Assembly: GCA_016931115.1 (NCBI GenBank)
Contig: JAFGFM010000144.1
Coordinates: 68,008 to 132,007, forward strand
DNA from: Deltaproteobacteria bacterium
GTDB taxonomy: Bacteria > Desulfobacterota > DSM-4660 > Desulfatiglandales > HGW-15
Reading direction: 5' to 3'
Length of the DNA stretch: 64,000 nucleotides
Under the pieces are notes generated by a model. That model was not told the origin of the DNA. It ran no database searches and was given only the letters and a program-made list of their open reading frames with translations. How positions within the stretch are numbered: position 1 is the first letter of the stretch; the number at the start of each line of letters is the position of its first letter. The position numbers and the translations under genes were made by a program. This document shows positions 59,031-64,000 of this stretch, in pieces.

Positions 59031-59939
59031 TCATGGCCTGGGGTGGTATTTTTCGTGTATTTTCTTAAGCCTTTCCCTGCTCACATGGGTATAAATCTGT
59101 GTTGTCGAAATATCAGAATGCCCGAGCATTATCTGTACGGACCGCAGGTCTGCCCCCCCTTCAAGCAGATGCGTTGCAAATGAGTGTCTCAGGCTGTGGG
59201 GGGTGATCCTTTTTGTAATGCCCGCCATTATGCCATATTTTTTTATTATTTTCCAGAAACCCTGTCTGGACATTGAAGCGCCTCTGGAATTGAGGAAAAG
59301 AAAAGGGCTGTTTTTGCCCCTGATGAGCTCCCTGCGCCCATATGCAAGGTAAAGCCTCAGGGCATCCCTTGCCTTGTCACCCATAGGTACAATCCTCTCC
59401 TTTGAACCCTTTCCGACGGTCCTGACATACCCGGGTTCAAGATTGAGATTAACAAGATGCAGCCCTACAAGCTCGGAAACCCTTAAACCTGTTGCGTATA
59501 ACAGCTCAAGCATTGCGCTGTCCCTCTTGCCGAGGTCTGTTTTTATGTCAGGGGCCGCGAGCAGGCTATCCACCTCTTCATGGCTTAAGGTCCCTGGAAG
59601 CCTGCCAGGGAGCTTTATGGGGTCAAGGAGCCTTGCCGGGTTTTCAGTGAGCCTCCCCTCGGTGATAAGAAACCTGTAGAACATCTTTATCGCAGAGATG
59701 TTTCTTGCTATTGTGCGTGCTGAAAGGCCTTTTTCTTTTTTTAACACCCCTGTGTATTCGGCTATATCCTCTCTCTTTACCAGGAGAGGTATTCTTTTTA
59801 TCAGGGAAAGATACCCGAAATATTTGATCAGGTCACTAGCGTATGAAGAGACTGTATTTTCTGAAAGCCCCCGCTCTACCCTCAGATGATTCAGGAACTG
59901 GTCAAGGAGGTCATTATTTTCTGCATCATTTGTCTTCAT
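59031..59939 (-). CDS. xerD: Tyrosine recombinase XerD (XerC/XerD family)
   Basis: N-terminal LDQFLNHLRVERGLSENTVSSYASDL. Catalytic region ATGLRVSELVGL...HSLRHSFATHLLEGGADLRSVQIMLGHSDISTTQIYTHVSRERL. 302 aa. Confidence 0.8.
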   Translation of the reverse strand: MKTNDAENNDLLDQFLNHLRVERGLSENTVSSYASDLIKYFGYLSLIKRIPLLVKREDIAEYTGVLKKEKGLSARTIARNISAIKMFYRFLITEGRLTENPARLLDPIKLPGRLPGTLSHEEVDSLLAAPDIKTDLGKRDSAMLELLYATGLRVSELVGLHLVNLNLEPGYVRTVGKGSKERIVPMGDKARDALRLYLAYGRRELIRGKNSPFLFLNSRGASMSRQGFWKIIKKYGIMAGITKRITPHSLRHSFATHLLEGGADLRSVQIMLGHSDISTTQIYTHVSRERLKKIHEKYHPRP

Positions 59940-59953
59940 AAATATGATTACCC

Positions 59954-61066
59954 TTAAAAATCATAATACCTTCTGTTCATGGTTAATATCCTCGGCCCCC
60001 TCTTTCCTATAACAACCATCTCTTCAAGGCGTACACCCCCTTTTCCGGGGAGATAAATGCCCGGTTCAACAGTAACCACCATGCCCTCGATAAGTTTAAC
60101 CGGGTTTCTGGGGCTTAACCTCGGTGCCTCATGGGTGGCAAGACCAACACCGTGCCCCAGGGAGTGACCGAAAAAGCTGCCATAACCTGCCCTGCCTATA
60201 ATATCCCTTGCCACGGAGTCGGGCCTTGTGCTCATCTCCCCGGGTCTTACATATTCAAGTGCGTTAAGCTGTGCCTCCCTGACTATCTTATATATCTCCT
60301 TAATCTTTCTTTCCGGCTTTCCAATAAAAACTGTGCGTGTCATGTCACAGCAGTATCCATTCACCTTGAGCCCCACATCAAAGGTAATGTGATCCCTCTT
60401 TTTTATCTTTCTATCTGTGGGCACCGCATGGGGAAGGGCTGCATTCGGGCCTGATGCCACGATTGATTCAAAGGCCATTCCCTCTGCCCCTGCCTCAATG
60501 GATAAGTCGTGGATCATCCTCGCGATCTCCTTTTCGGTCTGGCCAGGGACAACAGAATCAATAACCCTGTCCAGCACCTCTGACATCATTTTAGATGCCC
60601 TTTCCATGATGGCTATTTCAGAGGCATCCTTGACCTCCCTCATCTTTTCGATCATGCCGGAGATGTTTTTCATCTTCACCGGATTGGGGGATTTTTTAAA
60701 CCTTTTTAAAAGGTCGTTATACAGGTTAAATATTACATGATCCCCTTCAAACCCGATGGTCTTACCCCCAGCCCTTTCGACCTGCTTTACAAGCTCATCC
60801 TGAAAAGCCCCCTTCTGGGTAATGACCCTGAAATCAGGTGCCTCCCTTTTTGCCACCACTGTATACCTTGAATCAGTAATGAGCTGGTTCTTTTTTCTGG
60901 AAATTAAAAGAGAGCCTGATGATTCATTAAGCTGGGTATCATGGGCCATGAATCCGGAAAGATACTGCCTGTTTTCAGGCTGAACAATCCAGAGCATATC
61001 GATATTTTTATCCTCAAAATCTTTTTTGAGGTATGAAAGCCTTTTTTTAAAGGGCGAATTCTTCAT
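59954..61066 (-). CDS. M24-family Xaa-Pro aminopeptidase
   Basis: Creatinase-like N-domain + pita-bread fold motifs ([54 protein letters not shown]). Start set at the ATG at 61066 (GGAGG RBS) rather than the track start at 61162. Confidence 0.85.
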   Translation of the reverse strand: MKNSPFKKRLSYLKKDFEDKNIDMLWIVQPENRQYLSGFMAHDTQLNESSGSLLISRKKNQLITDSRYTVVAKREAPDFRVITQKGAFQDELVKQVERAGGKTIGFEGDHVIFNLYNDLLKRFKKSPNPVKMKNISGMIEKMREVKDASEIAIMERASKMMSEVLDRVIDSVVPGQTEKEIARMIHDLSIEAGAEGMAFESIVASGPNAALPHAVPTDRKIKKRDHITFDVGLKVNGYCCDMTRTVFIGKPERKIKEIYKIVREAQLNALEYVRPGEMSTRPDSVARDIIGRAGYGSFFGHSLGHGVGLATHEAPRLSPRNPVKLIEGMVVTVEPGIYLPGKGGVRLEEMVVIGKRGPRILTMNRRYYDF

Positions 61067-61117
61067 TATGTTCCTCCAGGGGTATTGTAATAAAATGTAA
61101 GTAATGAACAGCAAGAA

Positions 61118-61141
61118 ATATGTCAAGCTTTGTTGACATAT
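61118..61141. promoter_or_regulatory. 9-bp inverted repeat carrying two divergent TTGACA boxes
   Basis: atatgtcaa-gctttg-ttgacatat in the 238-nt divergent region between the aminopeptidase operon and the RNB gene. Candidate -10 elements are weak (TAAACA on plus, TACTTA on minus). Confidence 0.3.
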
Positions 61142-61304
61142 CTTATATCCCTTGCTAAACATAACAGGTTGATTGGTTAATAAACCTGATCACTACCCCG
61201 GTCTTTTACGCAGTTATAGAGCTGCTTCACTTCTGTAATGGGGAGATTTGCCGGTTAAAAATCAGGGATCCGATAATCTCATAGATAGAAAGTATTTTTA
61301 ACCC

Positions 61305-63299
61305 ATGTCTGAGGGCAAAATAATAGAATATATTGATCAGGGGAGGCTTGTCTGCGCCCTCTGTATCCAGGATAAGGGGCAGAGACTCCATCTCCTTACC
61401 CTTTCAAACAGGCTTGTAAACCTCTCTGAAAAACGGGCAACCCATATATCTGTTTCACGCATTCCAACAGAGCGGCCAAGGGAAGAGCTTATTCACCGCT
61501 TGAGGGAAATCGATACAGCCAGGGAATCACTAAAGGCGGAAATAAACATAAAAGAGCTCTGGGAGCTTATCAAGGACGAAAACGAAAGCTTTGATTACAA
61601 ATACCTTGCCCAGCTCTGTTTTGGTGATGATGTTACGGACGACCATGTTGCTGCCCTTGTCAGGGCTCTCTTTGAAGACCAGCTCTTTTTCAAGATGAAG
61701 GATGGTCACTTCCTGCCTAATCCTGAAGAAAAGATAGCCTCAGCAATCCGACAAATGGAGGAGGAGCGGCAAAAGGAAGAAAAGCTCATTTCAGGGAGTG
61801 ACTGGCTTAAAAGGTCATTAAAGGAAGGGGCCATTATAAATAGTGATTCGGAAAGATACGTAGTCGATAACCTTATAGACCTTGCCCTTAACCAAAGGGA
61901 GGCAAAGGAGTATAAATTTGTAAAGGAGCTGCTCGAAAGGGCAGGGATTACCGATACTGCTGAGGCAAGGAATATCCTTGTGAAGCTTGGGATATGGGAA
62001 AGGGATGAGCATGTTGACCTGATCCGGTACAATATACCCCAGTCATTCAGCGATGAGCAGATTGAACAGGCGGTTTTGCTGAATAAAAAACCGGTCTCAT
62101 ATAATGGTTATGAAGACCTGCGCCATCTGGATGTCTTTACTGTTGATGGGGCAGATACCCTTGATTTTGATGATGCCCTGAGCATTGAGAGGGATGGGGA
62201 TCATATGCAGGTCGGGATACACATAACCGATGTCTCATCGGTTATAGATGCCGGGAGTATACTTGATAAGGAGGCGCTTTTCAGGGCCTCTTCTTTATAT
62301 CTGCCCGGAAAAGAGATCCCCATGTTTCCGCCGCAGCTCTCACACGACAGGCTGAGCCTTAAAAAGGATCATGAACGGCAGGCACTCTCTCTACTTGTGA
62401 ATTTTGATATGAACGGGGAGATATTTGACTACAGGTTTGTCCCTAGCATTATTTGTATCAAAAGGCACCTCACCTATGACCATGTGAATAATATCTATGA
62501 AACAGAGAAGGATACCATTTTTCACTGGCTTTACAGGCTTGCCCTGAAAAGACAGAGACACAGGGTGGAGCAGGGCGGGGCTCTTATACTTTCGCTGCCG
62601 GAATTGAGCATCTCTATAGATAAAGATAATTCCATCAATATAGGGCTTGTACGCCAGGAGACACCGTCACGCATGATGATAGCCGAGATGATGATCCTCT
62701 ACAACTGGCTTGCAGCAAGGTTCTGCCGCGATAATCGTGTTCCCACAATATACAGGGCACAGAAGGAGCCCTCTGAAAAGCTGGGGCTTGAAGATGGGAA
62801 CTATATCTATTATGTGTTCAGACAGAGGAGGAAGCTTCAGCCGCTTAATATTGATGTGGAGCCCCTGCCCCATTCAGGCATTGGCCTTGACAGCTACATC
62901 AATGTGACATCACCCATAAGAAGATATTTTGACCTCATCAGCCAGCGCCAGATGCTGAACTTCATGTTCAGGGGAACACCTTTTTATAACAGGGAAGAGC
63001 TGGACAGGATCATCACACAGGTGACAGCAGTGATCAAGGATCTCAATACCGTGAAGAGAAACAGGCACAACTACTGGATTATAAGATACCTTGAGACCCG
63101 TGCAGGAAAACCCATCCCTGCCATTGTTCTGGATGTGCTGAAGGGCAGATACAGGGTTATACTGACAGATTTCTTCATTACCGCTGAGATAAAACGTGAA
63201 AAGGAGAGTAGATTAACCGCAGGTGAAGAGATATATGTGAGGGTGACAAAGGCAGATGCATGGAATGATATACTTGACCTGGAGCATGTCAGAACCTGA
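61305..63299 (+). CDS. RNB-domain 3'-5' exoribonuclease (RNase II/R family)
   Basis: VFTVDGADTLDFDDALSIE...IHITDVS (RNB motif I region), HSGIGLDSYINVTSPIRRYFDLISQRQ (motif IV), and a C-terminal S1-like tail. Confidence 0.88.
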   Translation: MSEGKIIEYIDQGRLVCALCIQDKGQRLHLLTLSNRLVNLSEKRATHISVSRIPTERPREELIHRLREIDTARESLKAEINIKELWELIKDENESFDYKYLAQLCFGDDVTDDHVAALVRALFEDQLFFKMKDGHFLPNPEEKIASAIRQMEEERQKEEKLISGSDWLKRSLKEGAIINSDSERYVVDNLIDLALNQREAKEYKFVKELLERAGITDTAEARNILVKLGIWERDEHVDLIRYNIPQSFSDEQIEQAVLLNKKPVSYNGYEDLRHLDVFTVDGADTLDFDDALSIERDGDHMQVGIHITDVSSVIDAGSILDKEALFRASSLYLPGKEIPMFPPQLSHDRLSLKKDHERQALSLLVNFDMNGEIFDYRFVPSIICIKRHLTYDHVNNIYETEKDTIFHWLYRLALKRQRHRVEQGGALILSLPELSISIDKDNSINIGLVRQETPSRMMIAEMMILYNWLAARFCRDNRVPTIYRAQKEPSEKLGLEDGNYIYYVFRQRRKLQPLNIDVEPLPHSGIGLDSYINVTSPIRRYFDLISQRQMLNFMFRGTPFYNREELDRIITQVTAVIKDLNTVKRNRHNYWIIRYLETRAGKPIPAIVLDVLKGRYRVILTDFFITAEIKREKESRLTAGEEIYVRVTKADAWNDILDLEHVRT

Positions 63300-63663
63300 G
63301 GGGATTCTGATAAGGGTTTACATCACGCCCCTTTGCAGACAGATGCCCGCACCTTGCTATTACCTTGGCAGGCTGAAGCTTTTTCGGCTGCCGTCGTCGC
63401 CAAGGCCATGCCGGCCAAGGAAGGCAGTTAGTATTTTCCGATTTACCTTCAGACTTCAGACTAAACACCTTCAGTCTACCTTTCATTCCCCACTGTAATT
63501 CACGAAATCGGCCAAGGTCTTTTTTACCACCAAGCGATAGCCCAAATGATAGACTCAGGCCAGCAGTGCTTTTCAGCGACTTGAGTAACTGTGAATCCTT
63601 CTTTAAAATCATAAATCGGCCATTTTGCCAGCATCGGCATTTTGGCCGATATATGATTATTAA

Positions 63664-63963
63664 TTGTCTTTAGTGGAATCCCTAAGCGTTCCGAAACCTG
63701 TCATTATTGATCGGGATATAGCAGCCTTTTATGATGTGGAGACAAGAGTCGTAAACCAGGCTGTAAAAAGGAATATAGAGAGATTTCCCGAGGAATTTTG
63801 TTTCCAGTTAACTGAAAAGGAATTCCATGATTGGAAATCACAAATTGTGATATCCAATAAAGAAAAAATGGGGCTCAGGAAAGCGCCTTATGCATTTACT
63901 GAACAGGGTGTTGCAATGCTTTCTGCTGTCTTGAAAAGCGAAACAGACGTAAAAATAGTATGA
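63664..63963 (+). CDS. ORF6N-domain protein, apparently truncated (possible pseudogene)
   Basis: ...DRDIAAFYDVETRVVNQAVKRNIERFPEEFCFQLTEKEFHDWKSQIV...APYAFTEQGVAMLSAVLKSE matches the ORF6N/KilA-N-like core. It has a non-ATG start, lacks the usual N-terminal part, and stops early (…DVKIV*). Confidence 0.5.
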   Translation: MSLVESLSVPKPVIIDRDIAAFYDVETRVVNQAVKRNIERFPEEFCFQLTEKEFHDWKSQIVISNKEKMGLRKAPYAFTEQGVAMLSAVLKSETDVKIV

Positions 63964-64000
63964 AGGGCTCCGTCAAAAAAACTGGAACTTGATGTGCTGA

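Noticed and set aside
59031-59939. A tyrosine recombinase near a tRNA cluster, which raises the possibility of an integrative-element integrase.
   Set aside because: The sequence has the XerC/XerD housekeeping signature and size. It sits in an operon with an aminopeptidase and a kinase. No phage or ICE genes or flanking att repeats surround it.
63289-63612. A 107-aa minus-strand ORF overlapping the 3' end of the RNB gene.
   Set aside because: Most of the translation is repeat-derived low complexity (…WPAWPWRRRQPKK…), and it overlaps heptamer repeats. At best it is a gene remnant (see the finding on 63300-63963), so it is not called as a CDS.

Overview
This 64-kb bacterial window has moderate GC. 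The gene content (etfBA, PAS histidine kinase, short dispersed hairpin repeats) suggests an anaerobe of the Desulfobacterota or Nitrospirota type, but that guess is low confidence. All family assignments come from motifs read in the translated ORFs; no database search was possible.

The flanks are ordinary housekeeping. On the left: etfB (5'-truncated), etfA, tRNA-Met, three small ORFs and fabD. On the right: clpB, an HU/IHF-like gene, a NUDIX gene, hisD, a tRNA-Lys / tRNA-like / tRNA-Glu / tRNA-fMet cluster, a PAS histidine kinase, xerD, an M24 aminopeptidase, an RNB exoribonuclease and a truncated ORF6N gene.

The centre (4.5-42.8 kb, minus strand) is one tightly packed operon:
- a TolC-like outer-membrane protein;
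- an uninterrupted 29,352-nt gene encoding a 9,783-aa repetitive protein (N-terminal LEPR-XLL-like motif + DUF4347-like domain, long beta-solenoid-type repeats, novel repeated modules, C-terminal RTX repeats);
- a small DUF3467-like protein;
- a GAF + HlyD-type membrane-fusion protein;
- a PqqD-like + M50 (site-2-protease-like, HExxH) + HlyD fusion;
- a truncated SecA paralogue;
- a third small HlyD-type adaptor.

No ABC transporter is present, and the only ATPase is the SecA-like protein. I consider this a candidate undescribed type-I-like secretion system. In it a SecA-like motor and a leader-binding M50/HlyD membrane protein would replace the ABC exporter.

Directly upstream, on the same strand, is a second envelope cluster: a TPR + beta-barrel OMP, Skp, a lytic transglycosylase, and a 1,361-aa FecR-domain protein.
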